Positions 1-9,286 of a DNA stretch of 64,000 nt are shown here, piece after piece. This DNA comes from a virus. Lineage: Duplodnaviria; Caudoviricetes. Each line of letters starts with the position of its first letter. Position 1 is the stretch's first letter. The DNA is taken from positions 3,297 to 67,296 of the IMG/VR virus record IMGVR_UViG_3300003541_000003. The stretch is one strand, 5' to 3'. The position numbers and the translations under genes were made by a program. The notes under the pieces are model-generated. The model worked only from the letters and a program-made list of their open reading frames with translations, did no database searches and had not been told where the DNA came from.

Positions 1-1
1 C

Positions 2-835
2 CCCCAATTTGGTTTCAGTAGAGACTTACGCACAAACAAGCTCTCACCTTTCCATAGCCGTGAGGCTCTTTCTATCGCTATGGAATTGGCAGATTACCTA
101 CAACCAGATGTATCGGTGTGGCTCGGAGATGTGAATGACTTTACCATGTGGACGGATAAATTCGTCAGGAATCCTGAGTATTACTTTACCGTCCAGCCAG
201 CCCTCATTGAAGCGGCATGGGTCATAAATCAGATTCATGCGCTCTCTAGTGAGTCTGTGGTGATTGAGGGAAATCACGACCAGAGACCACAGATTGCCAT
301 GACCACACATTTGCTGGATGCGTATAACCTACGACCAGCAGACAACATTGATGCAGAGGCAGTTTTATCGGTGGACAACTTGCTGGGGTTGAATCGGATG
401 GGGGTAAAGTATATCGGGGATTGGCAGAACGCAAATTATCATCTCAATAAAAATCTACAATGCACACATGGCAATATCGCTCGTGGTGGTACGCTGGCAA
501 CGGCAAGAGCCATGCTCGACAATCAGGCTATCTCTACCATTTTTGGACACATTCACCGTACCGAGATGGCAAGCAAGACGCTTGTAAATGGAGGCACTAA
601 GACGGTTACGGCTTTCTGCCCAGGGTGTTTATGTAAAACTGATGGAAGTGTTCCTGGCTCGAACAGAGAGGTTCAATGGCAACAGGGTCTCGCTGTGGTC
701 TACTATACAGACGAGGCTTACTCGATTGTGCCATTGCAGATTGAGAATGACACGGTGTTATTCGATGGGATTTTCTTCAAGGCGCATGACTACATGCCAG
801 AACTTAAGAAGTCAACTACTTGGGAGAATTGGTAA
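2..835 (+). CDS. Calcineurin-like metallophosphoesterase (5' end outside window)
   Basis: Frame is open from base 2 (PQFGF...). Motifs GDVND, GNHD, THG, FGHIHR. Confidence 0.85.
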   Translation, partial: PQFGFSRDLRTNKLSPFHSREALSIAMELADYLQPDVSVWLGDVNDFTMWTDKFVRNPEYYFTVQPALIEAAWVINQIHALSSESVVIEGNHDQRPQIAMTTHLLDAYNLRPADNIDAEAVLSVDNLLGLNRMGVKYIGDWQNANYHLNKNLQCTHGNIARGGTLATARAMLDNQAISTIFGHIHRTEMASKTLVNGGTKTVTAFCPGCLCKTDGSVPGSNREVQWQQGLAVVYYTDEAYSIVPLQIENDTVLFDGIFFKAHDYMPELKKSTTWENW

Positions 836-2148
836 TGATAGAATCAAGTTATAAAGACATGGGTAAGGAATACGAGTTTCAAACTTTTATCAGAAAGTAT
901 GCCCCTAAGAATGGTAAGAAATTTGTGGCTGGACAGTCCCATATTCCCGTAACGAAACAGCAGATTACGATGGGGGATAAGATGAACATGATTGAGGCAG
1001 TCCTCAAAGGCTGGCTCACGGAGGGGGAGTACGCAGACCGCTTTGCAAAACAACTCTCGCAGGTAGCAGAGAAACGCTTTGTAACTCTGGCTAATTCAGG
1101 CTCTAGTGCAAATCTTCTGGCAATGCTGGCTATGGCTGAGGCTAATAGAGCAATTGGGTCTCGTGATGTCATCACTTGCGCTACCGGATTCCCCACCACC
1201 GTCAATGCAATCATTCAGGCTGGCTTCTTTCCTAGATTTGTGGATGCTAATTCTCTGACGCTAAATTCTAGTGAGTGGCAAGTGTTGGAAATGATAAAAA
1301 GCCCTGAGGTTGCTGGAGTTATGCTGGCACACACTCTCGGCTTTCCTTTCCGTGAGGATTTGATTGCTGAGGAGTGCAGGAAACATGGAAAGTTTTTTGT
1401 GGTGGATTGCTGTGATGCTCTTGGCTCTGAAATTAACGGACATCCGGTGGGCTACTACGCAGACATCCACACCTATAGCTTTTATCCTGCTCACCACATC
1501 TCCACCGCAGAAGGTGGAGCAGTTGTAACACATGACCCCAAACTGGACAGGCTTATCAAGTCCTACCGTGATTGGGGTAGAGATTGCTGGTGCGGAACGG
1601 GAGTGGATAACACCTGCGGTTTGAGATTCACTCAGCAGTTCGGAGAGTTGCCTTTTGGATATGACCATAAGTACGTCTATTCCAGAATTGGTTACAACCT
1701 GAAAATGACTGACCTTCAAGCCTCTCTTGGGGAATCTCAGATACACAGGTTGAAAGACTTTACGCAAGTTAGACGCATGAACACCATGAAGTTGAGAGAG
1801 GGTCTCAGAGACCTGAACCATCGGATATTCTTCCCTGAGTATCCTGCTGAGACCAATCCCAGCCCCTTCGGATTCCCCATCACCTTCTTGGCTGGAGAAA
1901 CTAAGAAACGGAATGACCTAGTAACCTTCCTGACCAAGCGTAACATTGGCACTCGTCCTGTGTTCGCTGGAAACCTCACTCGTCAGCCAGCTTACATTGA
2001 TGCTGGATTTGTATTTGATGATTTCCCGTTGGATGATGCTGACTACATCATGAACAATACTTTGTGGATTGGGTGTCATCCATCTCTGACGGATGAAATG
2101 ATTACTTATATGATTGAGAGTGTCCAAGACTTTTTCAAAGGAGAATAG
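835..2148 (+). CDS. rfbH: CDP-4-keto-6-deoxyglucose 3-dehydrase (E1, DdhC/RfbH type; PMP and [2Fe-2S])
   Basis: DegT/DnrJ fold motifs NSGSSANL and DCCDALG. SFYPAHH has His at the usual Schiff-base Lys position. Fe-S segment GRDCWC..DNTC..YDHKY. Start placed at the TAATG overlap at 835 (track start 820). Confidence 0.9.
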   Translation: MIESSYKDMGKEYEFQTFIRKYAPKNGKKFVAGQSHIPVTKQQITMGDKMNMIEAVLKGWLTEGEYADRFAKQLSQVAEKRFVTLANSGSSANLLAMLAMAEANRAIGSRDVITCATGFPTTVNAIIQAGFFPRFVDANSLTLNSSEWQVLEMIKSPEVAGVMLAHTLGFPFREDLIAEECRKHGKFFVVDCCDALGSEINGHPVGYYADIHTYSFYPAHHISTAEGGAVVTHDPKLDRLIKSYRDWGRDCWCGTGVDNTCGLRFTQQFGELPFGYDHKYVYSRIGYNLKMTDLQASLGESQIHRLKDFTQVRRMNTMKLREGLRDLNHRIFFPEYPAETNPSPFGFPITFLAGETKKRNDLVTFLTKRNIGTRPVFAGNLTRQPAYIDAGFVFDDFPLDDADYIMNNTLWIGCHPSLTDEMITYMIESVQDFFKGE

Positions 2149-2149
2149 C

Positions 2150-3103
2150 ATGAAAAGAAATGTTTTTATAACTGGCATCACCGGACAGGATGGTTCGTAT
2201 CTGGCTGAACAGCATCTTCTCAGGGGAGATAATGTGCATGGTCTCGTCCGCAGAAATTCCACAAACAACTTGGGAAACATTGAGCACATCAAGGATAGGC
2301 TGGAGCTTTTTGAGGGAGACCTGACTGACCTTAGTGGACTTCGAGAAACTCTCAAACTGATACAACCAAATTACGTTTATAATCTTGCGGCTCAGTCGCA
2401 TGTGGGAACGTCCTATGACCTTCCTGACTACACGATGCAAGTAACGGGTATGGGAGCAATGAATCTCTTTCAGGCTGTGTGGGACATCTGCCCTGAGGCG
2501 CATGTATATCAGGCATCGTCCAGCGAGATGTTTGGACTTACCTCTGGTGGTACGTTTGGACAGAACGAGATGACCAAGTTTGACCCCATCTCTCCATACG
2601 CAGTTGCTAAAATGGCGGCTCACCAGATGGCACATATCTGGCGCAAGCGTGGTCTGTGGGTATCCTGTGGCATCCTGTTCAACCATGAGTCCGAGCGTAG
2701 GGGGGATAAATTCCTGACATCGAAGGTTGCGAAAGCGGCGGCTCGTAGAGAACCTGTAGTGCTTGGCAATCTAACAGCAATTCGAGATTGGGGCTATGCT
2801 CCTGAGTACACCGAGGGCATGACGATGATGCTGGAACATCCTGTGCCTGACGACTTTGTTCTGGCAACAGGAAAGACTTGCTCGGTGAATGATTTTGTGG
2901 AGTTATGCTACGAGGCTATGGGGTTGAATTGGTTGCAGTATGTAACCATCTCGGACGAATTCAAGCGTCCTGTGGAGACTGCTCCCTTAAAAGGAGATGC
3001 CACCAAAGCACATCATGTACTCGGATGGCATCATAAGACGGATGTGGATGGTCTGGCTACTCGAATGGTTGATTACTTCCGTACAACTCAGCCCAACGAC
3101 TAG
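2150..3103 (+). CDS. gmd: GDP-mannose 4,6-dehydratase
   Basis: ITGITGQDGSYLAE, YNLAAQSHV, QASSSEMFG, SPYAVAK, GILFNHES, RDWGYA. RBS GGAG precedes the ATG at 2150. Confidence 0.93.
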   Translation: MKRNVFITGITGQDGSYLAEQHLLRGDNVHGLVRRNSTNNLGNIEHIKDRLELFEGDLTDLSGLRETLKLIQPNYVYNLAAQSHVGTSYDLPDYTMQVTGMGAMNLFQAVWDICPEAHVYQASSSEMFGLTSGGTFGQNEMTKFDPISPYAVAKMAAHQMAHIWRKRGLWVSCGILFNHESERRGDKFLTSKVAKAAARREPVVLGNLTAIRDWGYAPEYTEGMTMMLEHPVPDDFVLATGKTCSVNDFVELCYEAMGLNWLQYVTISDEFKRPVETAPLKGDATKAHHVLGWHHKTDVDGLATRMVDYFRTTQPND

Positions 3104-3629
3104 GTAATACTTTCCAGCCACACAAGGCACAAACCAGAGACGAGGCGGCATTTGGGGCTATCTGTTTTTTCCAGAAGTCCTCGCCCCTCGTCTTTCCATT
3201 TCCAAAGACCTTCTTGCGGATTGAGGATGGGGGCATACAGATTACCTCAAATCCTTTCTCGGACATAGCCAGCATAGCAGAGGCACGAGCCTCAGCCAGT
3301 TGGGTTTGACCGTAAACCTCTCCATGACTGCTACCTTCCACAAGAGCAAATCCTGTAGAACGATGGATACACTCTTTGACTGCCTGACCTACATACTCCA
3401 TTCTGGTAATGGGGTTCTCTGACTGATTGAGTAGAAACTCAAAACTTCGAGTGATGTCTTTCTCAATAATGGTAAGTCCCATGTGTCTGCTACCAGGGTC
3501 TATGCCTACCACCAATGGGTAGGCATTTGACCATTTCATCTTGAACCTCTCCAGCAACTCAGGCGTGTCCTGTTCATGCACCGTTACGGTGTAGTTAGGG
3601 AAGGTGAGAGGTAAGGAGACCTTTATCAT
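3057..3629 (-). CDS. ruvC: RuvC-like Holliday junction resolvase (C-terminal acidic pair substituted)
   Basis: VVGIDPG, VEG, PSSIRKKVFGNG. NAASSL stands where DxxDAL is expected. Confidence 0.75.
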   Translation of the reverse strand: MIKVSLPLTFPNYTVTVHEQDTPELLERFKMKWSNAYPLVVGIDPGSRHMGLTIIEKDITRSFEFLLNQSENPITRMEYVGQAVKECIHRSTGFALVEGSSHGEVYGQTQLAEARASAMLAMSEKGFEVICMPPSSIRKKVFGNGKTRGEDFWKKQIAPNAASSLVCALCGWKVLPSRWAELYGSNQPFE

Positions 3630-4543
3630 TTGGTCTCCTTATCAAAGTTGGCAAGAGCATCTTTGAAAGGAACGAACACGGCATCTTGACCATCCTGAGC
3701 CTGAGCAAACAGCTTGGATATGAACCCATAACTATCGTCTCCCATTTTGATGACACGCTCCCGTTTGGCGATTCCGAGGTTTACACAATCAAAGACTGCG
3801 GATAGACCTGTATGGAATCCCTTACCGGAGAGATAGCACATTTGGAAAGTCTTATCTTCAACTCCCCAACGATTCTTCTCCAGCTTGCCTTCAATGAGGT
3901 ATGAACCATCATCGAATCCTTCCACCCTGCGGAGACGGATGCGAAGGCTTGCCAAAAACTTCTTGGCTGTACCGCCTGTGGTCTCACTTCCCCGACCCCC
4001 GATGATTTGGGAGAGATGGGAGATGACAAACACCACCGTTGGCGTTTCCTTGTTCCTGAGGACGTTTTGGATGCGCCTAGAAAACTGCGCTGTGATGTGT
4101 GCTCTACGACCCATGTTTGCCTCACCCATTTCTCCAGATGTTTCAGAGATTGGTGAGATTGCTCCAACCGAGTCTAGGATGCCCACATGCACATCTTCTC
4201 TGGCAATCACGGTAGCAAGGTGAGTAACGAATTCCTCGTCTGTATCTCCCTTGGCAATCTCAACTGTGCCATCGAATCCTGCATTCCGCATGATGTCCTG
4301 CATGTACTCAGGGTCAAGGGTTTCCAGAGCACCTACACAAATTGTTCCATTCGGAAATAGCCGAGACGAGATGTCCCAGCAGAAGGTAGACTTACCCACA
4401 CCTTCGTACCCATATAACTCAATGATGGTTCTGAGAGGAAAGCCACGCTCTCCTCTGCCATTCTGCAAGGCTCGGTCAAGAGACCAGAACCCTGTTTGCA
4501 CACGTTCAATGCTTGGTAATTTTCCGACAAGTGTTATAGGCAT
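3626..4543 (-). CDS. recA: RecA/UvsX-like recombinase
   Basis: RTIIELYGYEGVGKST (Walker A), ILDSVGA (Walker B), TTGGTAKKFLASLRIRL, EKNR. Confidence 0.9.
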   Translation of the reverse strand: MPITLVGKLPSIERVQTGFWSLDRALQNGRGERGFPLRTIIELYGYEGVGKSTFCWDISSRLFPNGTICVGALETLDPEYMQDIMRNAGFDGTVEIAKGDTDEEFVTHLATVIAREDVHVGILDSVGAISPISETSGEMGEANMGRRAHITAQFSRRIQNVLRNKETPTVVFVISHLSQIIGGRGSETTGGTAKKFLASLRIRLRRVEGFDDGSYLIEGKLEKNRWGVEDKTFQMCYLSGKGFHTGLSAVFDCVNLGIAKRERVIKMGDDSYGFISKLFAQAQDGQDAVFVPFKDALANFDKETK

Positions 4544-5217
4544 TATTCCCTCGAAATTCCTGCGCTAGAGCAGATGCGCTCGATAGCTTTTTTGGTTACT
4601 TCCAAATCGGTATCCACTTCGAGATACCCCAGCGAATAGGTCTGACCATTGCTGTATGCAATTAGGTCTCCATTTCGTTTCAACTGAATCGTAATGCCAC
4701 CCTTGCGAGGGGATTGACCCTTGATGTCTCTCAGGATGCCCCGAATGGTTGCATCGTCTGGAGCATTTGCTAACTCCTGCCATTCCTCGTCCTCTACCTC
4801 AAAGCCTTGTTCAAGCGTCTTTGCCATAGGGATAAGGGATTTCATGGGCTTGTTCTGGAGTTTATTGGATAGCTCCGCAGGGGTGAGGTTCTCTGCGAAC
4901 ATACCCCACACTCCCACGTAACGATTTATAGTTAACTTTGATATGCCGAGGACATCATAGAGGACATCCTCATAGGTGTCTGACACATCATACTCATGCC
5001 AATCTCGTTTCAGCATGTAGAGCAGTTTGGCTAGAGCAAGTCCACTCATGCGAAAGTTGGTGATATACAACTTTGCTCTGTCAAGGATGACCATGACATC
5101 TCCACTTGACTTAGCGTCATTATAGAAGGTGTCAATTTCTTCCAGCACAGGTTTGGGGTCAAACCGAATGGGCTGGTCGAGTGCGGAAACCAATTCCTCA
5201 TCTTGTGATTTAGACAT
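4543..5217 (-). CDS. Hypothetical protein, possible HTH (LGISKLTINRY)
   Basis: ORF coupled to recA. GGAG RBS precedes the ATG at 5217. Confidence 0.7.
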   Translation of the reverse strand: MSKSQDEELVSALDQPIRFDPKPVLEEIDTFYNDAKSSGDVMVILDRAKLYITNFRMSGLALAKLLYMLKRDWHEYDVSDTYEDVLYDVLGISKLTINRYVGVWGMFAENLTPAELSNKLQNKPMKSLIPMAKTLEQGFEVEDEEWQELANAPDDATIRGILRDIKGQSPRKGGITIQLKRNGDLIAYSNGQTYSLGYLEVDTDLEVTKKAIERICSSAGISRE

Positions 5218-5455
5218 CTGCGTTCTCCTTTGCAATCCAAAAGAATGTAGCGACAATTATTTCTCGAACATCATCGTCCGAGATGGGACATGTGCCATCC
5301 CCATTCCTATCACGCCACCGTGCCCACATCTCCATCTTGATGTCATGAATCGCATCGTCCAACTTTTGCTGTTCTTTGTGATTCAGGGTAGCGTAATAGT
5401 CATTGAAAAATTCGAGCTTTGATGGACTGATAGGTACAAGTTGTTCTATGGTCAT
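5210..5455 (-). CDS. Hypothetical protein
   Basis: 81-aa ORF in a tightly overlapping operon. Confidence 0.65.
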   Translation of the reverse strand: MTIEQLVPISPSKLEFFNDYYATLNHKEQQKLDDAIHDIKMEMWARWRDRNGDGTCPISDDDVREIIVATFFWIAKENADV

Positions 5456-5625
5456 TTGGTTTTATTCTCCTCTAAAACAATTTCTTTTACTTCTGACATG
5501 TTAATCCAGATGAAGGTTTCAGCTAGAACCATGAAAAAGACTGTGCCACTATCAAACATTTCATATCTCTTTGCTAGGTAATCCTTCTTTTCTCCATTTT
5601 TGTATAGGATAATTATGAAGTACAT
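5452..5625 (-). CDS. Small hypothetical protein (57 aa, MYFIIILYKNGEKK...), below the track cutoff
   Basis: Hand translated. Fills the gap exactly, with TGATG and ATGA overlaps at its ends. Confidence 0.65.
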   Translation of the reverse strand: MYFIIILYKNGEKKDYLAKRYEMFDSGTVFFMVLAETFIWINMSEVKEIVLEENKTK

Positions 5626-6209
5626 CAATTACCCCATTTCCCTGCTCGATAGAGCAGATTGATTAGAGCATACACCGCCATGTCCATGAGCGTGTCCTCA
5701 ATGGATTCATTCTTAGGCTCTTTGGGCTGGCTGAAATTCAGCAACTTTACTTCCAGATTGAATCCAGACAGGTTCATCAGACGAGCCATCTTGTCCCACA
5801 TGCGTGTAGCTAAACCTACCTCTCCTGTGCCAGCAATGTTCGCTGGGGAGTAGTCTGCATTCTTCTGGAGATGGACACGGTACATCTTTCCGAGTAGCTC
5901 ACGGAATGCTTGTGCCTGATTGGGACTCCGTATCTCGGTAAGATGTTTGGATTCGGGAACAGAAGGGTACTCATACACAGGGATTTCGAGAGATTCTGCA
6001 TATTTTCTTTCGGCACAGCAGTCTGCATCTGTAGTCCAATCAGGGAGCATTATCATCACATCACTTACAGCAATCAATTCCTTCCTTGCCTTATTTCCAG
6101 CAGAGGGTAGGAGGGTGCTATTACTGCACAACTCAATTTCTTCTTGAATGTCTCCTACATACTGACGATTGCTATATTCCTTCGTAGGAACAGACATATA
6201 GACTATCAT
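5625..6209 (-). CDS. DUF4406-like domain fused to DUF1599 (nucleotide-modification-associated) domain
   Basis: N-terminal SDVMIMLPDW..AERKYAESLEIPV. C-terminal KNADY..GLATRMWDKMARL..ESIEDTLMDMAVYA. Confidence 0.65.
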   Translation of the reverse strand: MIVYMSVPTKEYSNRQYVGDIQEEIELCSNSTLLPSAGNKARKELIAVSDVMIMLPDWTTDADCCAERKYAESLEIPVYEYPSVPESKHLTEIRSPNQAQAFRELLGKMYRVHLQKNADYSPANIAGTGEVGLATRMWDKMARLMNLSGFNLEVKLLNFSQPKEPKNESIEDTLMDMAVYALINLLYRAGKWGN

Positions 6210-6541
6210 TTCTTGCCTATATTCTTGAAGAATTCTTTTACAAGGGCATCTAGAGAACCAGAAACCTGCACCAATTCTCGTTTCTTTTCTACCATGTTGG
6301 GTTTTTCATCCAACGCCCCAGATTGCTCTGCGTAGTATGCCAGAGAGACAAGCCCCATGACATCGTCAGCAGTCTTTGTTCCAGAGAGCAACCATATCCA
6401 CATCTTGAACACCTCAGCGTACTCTGGTTTGTCTGCTGGAATCATCAACTCGAATTTCATTGCATCTGTGTCCATGAGCAGGACTGCATCCTGTTTGTTG
6501 AGCGTAATCACGACATTATCTTTTACTTCTGTTTTAGCCAT
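6206..6541 (-). CDS. Hypothetical protein
   Basis: 111-aa ORF with GGAG RBS; overlaps its neighbours. Confidence 0.7.
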   Translation of the reverse strand: MAKTEVKDNVVITLNKQDAVLLMDTDAMKFELMIPADKPEYAEVFKMWIWLLSGTKTADDVMGLVSLAYYAEQSGALDEKPNMVEKKRELVQVSGSLDALVKEFFKNIGKK

Positions 6542-7037
6542 ATAAACTCCTCTCTTTGATTATGTTGCAAAATTTGTAAATAGCCATAGAAAACTCGCCA
6601 TGACTACCTTGGATTAGACTGAGTGGATTAAGTGTTCCCATCACAAGAGGAGCACTCAGAAGGTCTGCCTTCATTGGAATCCCACTCACGGCTGTGGCTG
6701 TTAGCCCTGGAAAAAATGCGCCTACAACCTCAGAGCCTAGCATCAAGACTGCCTCTTTGCCAATAGCCTCTTGGATTGCCTGTTGCATGTGCCATTCACG
6801 TTCAGCCTCATCCTTTTTTACAATGTCGTGCAACCACAGGCATGTGTACCTCAGTTGAAAAAGGTCTACACCCCACTTCCCTAACTCCATTCGCATGATG
6901 TTTCCGTACACACCAGCGAAGGGGTATCCTGACTTTAAATCGTCAAGAGTCGGAGAGGGAGCAATCACAAGAATCTGTGATTTCTTATTACCTCTCGGTT
7001 GCACTATTCCTTTCTTACAAATTGGGCATTGTGCCAT
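6534..7037 (-). CDS. Family-4 uracil-DNA-glycosylase-like protein (SPO1 polymerase-associated type), degenerate
   Basis: CPIC..VQPRGNKKSQILVIAPSP..D..SGYPFAG..G..M..EL. Canonical GE(A/G)PG and HP motifs are altered. Start at the TAATG overlap at 7037. Confidence 0.65.
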   Translation of the reverse strand: MAQCPICKKGIVQPRGNKKSQILVIAPSPTLDDLKSGYPFAGVYGNIMRMELGKWGVDLFQLRYTCLWLHDIVKKDEAEREWHMQQAIQEAIGKEAVLMLGSEVVGAFFPGLTATAVSGIPMKADLLSAPLVMGTLNPLSLIQGSHGEFSMAIYKFCNIIKERSLYG

Positions 7038-7174
7038 TATTTCGTCCTGATAGCCTTTGCAATTTCTAACAGAGCAAAGACAATCGCTGATACCCACCAA
7101 TGAATTCGGGTACTGTCTCCTAATTCATTCCATGCACGTTCCAAACTATCTTCTACTTTAGTTTCATAGTCCAT
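7037..7174 (-). CDS. Small hypothetical protein (45 aa, MDYETKVEDS...)
   Basis: Hand translated. AAAGGAG RBS; first gene after the 7249-7276 promoter. Confidence 0.6.
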   Translation of the reverse strand: MDYETKVEDSLERAWNELGDSTRIHWWVSAIVFALLEIAKAIRTK

Positions 7175-7248
7175 CTTGAATCTCCTTTCTCTCAAAAGCT
7201 ATTTTCTGAAAAATTAAAAAATCTCACTTTTTTCCAGATTATCCGTAC

Positions 7249-7276
7249 ATTATACACCAGTTTGACACCGTGTCAA
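7249..7276 (-). promoter_or_regulatory. Sigma70-type promoter TTGACA-N16-TATAAT; -35 lies inside a perfect 15-bp palindrome
   Basis: Consensus hexamers read directly. TTGACACCGTGTCAA at 7262-7276. Confidence 0.8.
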
Positions 7277-7278
7277 GA

Positions 7279-7512
7279 CTACATCCATCGTGGAGGCATT
7301 CCTTTAGTTTGATGCTCTGTGCAGTAGATTGTGGTCTTATATTGTTTTCTACCAGTTAGAGTGCTGTATCCATTTTCTACTTTCTGGTGAATGAATTTCT
7401 TTCCACAAAGACTACAGTATACAGGTCTCTGTATCCACCAAAAAAATATGGGCATTCCTATGATTACCACAATTACTATGAGGAAGAATATTATCATGAT
7501 TTTGCTCCCCAA
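7279..7512 (-). CDS. Small membrane protein with CxxC zinc ribbon
   Basis: Hydrophobic N-terminus followed by YCSLCGK..IYC.EH. Confidence 0.55.
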   Translation of the reverse strand: MGSKIMIIFFLIVIVVIIGMPIFFWWIQRPVYCSLCGKKFIHQKVENGYSTLTGRKQYKTTIYCTEHQTKGMPPRWM

Positions 7513-9176
7513 TCTTTGCCAATGGATTTCTCAACACGAAATGGAACACTATCGTAGATTCCATGAGCAGATTCACACATCACCGTATCCAGCAAAGTTA
7601 GGATTTCTTCTGAACCTTTTGGAATGTCCACCACGATTTCGTCATGCACCACATTCACCACAGGGAAGGGTAGATGTTTGTCATAACACGCCTTGCGAAA
7701 GGTTGCGAGAGCAGTTTTGGTACAATCAGCCGCTCCCCCTTGAATCGGGGCATTGATGGCATTGTTCAACCATGAGTAGGAGTAGCGATTGACATACATT
7801 CTGCGTCCTGACTTAGTTTCCACATATCCGCATTTTTGAGCGGAGGCACGTTTGTCATCAATCCATTGTTTTACTCCCCAAAACTGACGGAAGTAGCCAC
7901 TCACGATTTCCTCAGCCTCCTCGTCCGACATCGGTTCTTCATCTGGAGACTTCTCGTTGTTTACCTTGCGCTGGAGACCTTGTGCGGTCAGACCGTAGCT
8001 CATGCCGAGGTTCATGGCTTTTGCGAGTTTCCTACGGGGGTCAGATTTTACCATAGTAGGGTCTTGGAACAATCTCTGCCCCACCAGAAGGTGAACATCT
8101 TTCCCTGAACGGATAATCTCCAATAAAGCCATATCCTGTGATTCATCTGCCGTGATACACGGTTCTTGCGCTGTGTAGTCCATGATTCCCAACTCGTTCC
8201 CATCGGATGCTATAAAGCACGAGCGATACTCTTTCGCAGAGGGGATATTCTGCAAGTTGGGGTCGGTGGATGACATTCTGCCTGTCTGTGCCTCAGAAAC
8301 ATTGTAATCAGCGTAGACATAGCCATCTTCCACATACTTCTCGATGAATTCCTCACCGTAGGTAGAGGATGCTTTTGCCAACTCACGATAGCGCAGGATT
8401 TGTCCTACCAACGGATGCTCTTTATATGGAGCTAATTCATCTGCGCCTGTGGAGGTCAGTTTGCGAAGTCCTGTGCTTTGCAGGACTGCTAAGACCTGCT
8501 TGGGGCTATTGGGGTTGAAGGTGAAATTCTCACGAATCTTCTCAGCCTCAGTCCGCTTGGTCTCAGCGATTTTGAGCCACTTATCCACATCCATCTTGAA
8601 TCCTTTGAGGTCAAGAACGGCATACATGGCAGGAAGGTCAATATTCTCATAAACAGCGTAATTCTTGTTAGACATTTCTTCCTGTTGTGCCATAGCAATT
8701 TTCCATGTAAGGGATGCGTCCAATGCGGCATACTCCAGCATTTCTCTGGTCATCTCGGTAGCGGTGGAGAATTCCTCACGTTCCTTCTTACTGACCAGAA
8801 TACCCAAATAACGCCTAGCAAGGTCTTTGAGACCAAAGCTATCGTAGAATCCGCTCCACAGGATGCGTTCCTGCATCATGGTGTCAATCACATCGTAGCG
8901 GTCTGGATAGTTGCACCAGCCACGAATGTGTGCAATATCAAACTTGGCATTGTGAAAGATGGGGGTGGCTTTACTCACCCGTTTGAGTGCCTCAGCTACC
9001 TTCCGTTCCTCTGTAACCACATAGACGGTTTCACCATCGGGGCAGAATTGGATGCTGGCAAAGTTGCCCTCTTTGGGACGATGCAGTTTCCACTTTCTTG
9101 CCCCGTAGATTTCTGTGTCTATGGCGCAGAGTGCTCCCTTCTCCAATACCGGAGGCAGGTCTTGAATTACGTTCAT
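7494..9176 (-). CDS. polA: Family A DNA polymerase (3'-5' exonuclease + polymerase)
   Basis: AIDTE, HNAKFD, YAALDA, GRMSSTDPNLQNIP, MDYTAQE, RKLAKAMNLGMSYG, NAPIQGGAAD, VHDEI. Start placed at the ATGA overlap at 9176 (track 9212). Confidence 0.95.
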   Translation of the reverse strand: MNVIQDLPPVLEKGALCAIDTEIYGARKWKLHRPKEGNFASIQFCPDGETVYVVTEERKVAEALKRVSKATPIFHNAKFDIAHIRGWCNYPDRYDVIDTMMQERILWSGFYDSFGLKDLARRYLGILVSKKEREEFSTATEMTREMLEYAALDASLTWKIAMAQQEEMSNKNYAVYENIDLPAMYAVLDLKGFKMDVDKWLKIAETKRTEAEKIRENFTFNPNSPKQVLAVLQSTGLRKLTSTGADELAPYKEHPLVGQILRYRELAKASSTYGEEFIEKYVEDGYVYADYNVSEAQTGRMSSTDPNLQNIPSAKEYRSCFIASDGNELGIMDYTAQEPCITADESQDMALLEIIRSGKDVHLLVGQRLFQDPTMVKSDPRRKLAKAMNLGMSYGLTAQGLQRKVNNEKSPDEEPMSDEEAEEIVSGYFRQFWGVKQWIDDKRASAQKCGYVETKSGRRMYVNRYSYSWLNNAINAPIQGGAADCTKTALATFRKACYDKHLPFPVVNVVHDEIVVDIPKGSEEILTLLDTVMCESAHGIYDSVPFRVEKSIGKDWGAKS

Positions 9177-9286
9177 CCTAACCGCCCACTTAATATGAGG
9201 TACAACGCCCATAATAGGAAGTATAGCCAGCAGACCACAAATCCTGCTAGAAATCCCTTTTGAAAGTCTTTGCTTGGTGGGTTCAT
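9173..9286 (-). CDS. Small membrane peptide (37 aa, MNPPSKDFQKGFLAGFVVCWLYFLLW...)
   Basis: Hand translated. Coupled to both neighbours by stop/start overlaps. Confidence 0.55.
   Translation of the reverse strand: MNPPSKDFQKGFLAGFVVCWLYFLLWALYLILSGRLG

Noticed and set aside
835-2148. DegT/PerA aminotransferase or ColD colitose dehydratase
   Set aside because: His replaces the Schiff-base Lys, and the Fe-S Cys insertion typical of E1, which ColD lacks, is present.
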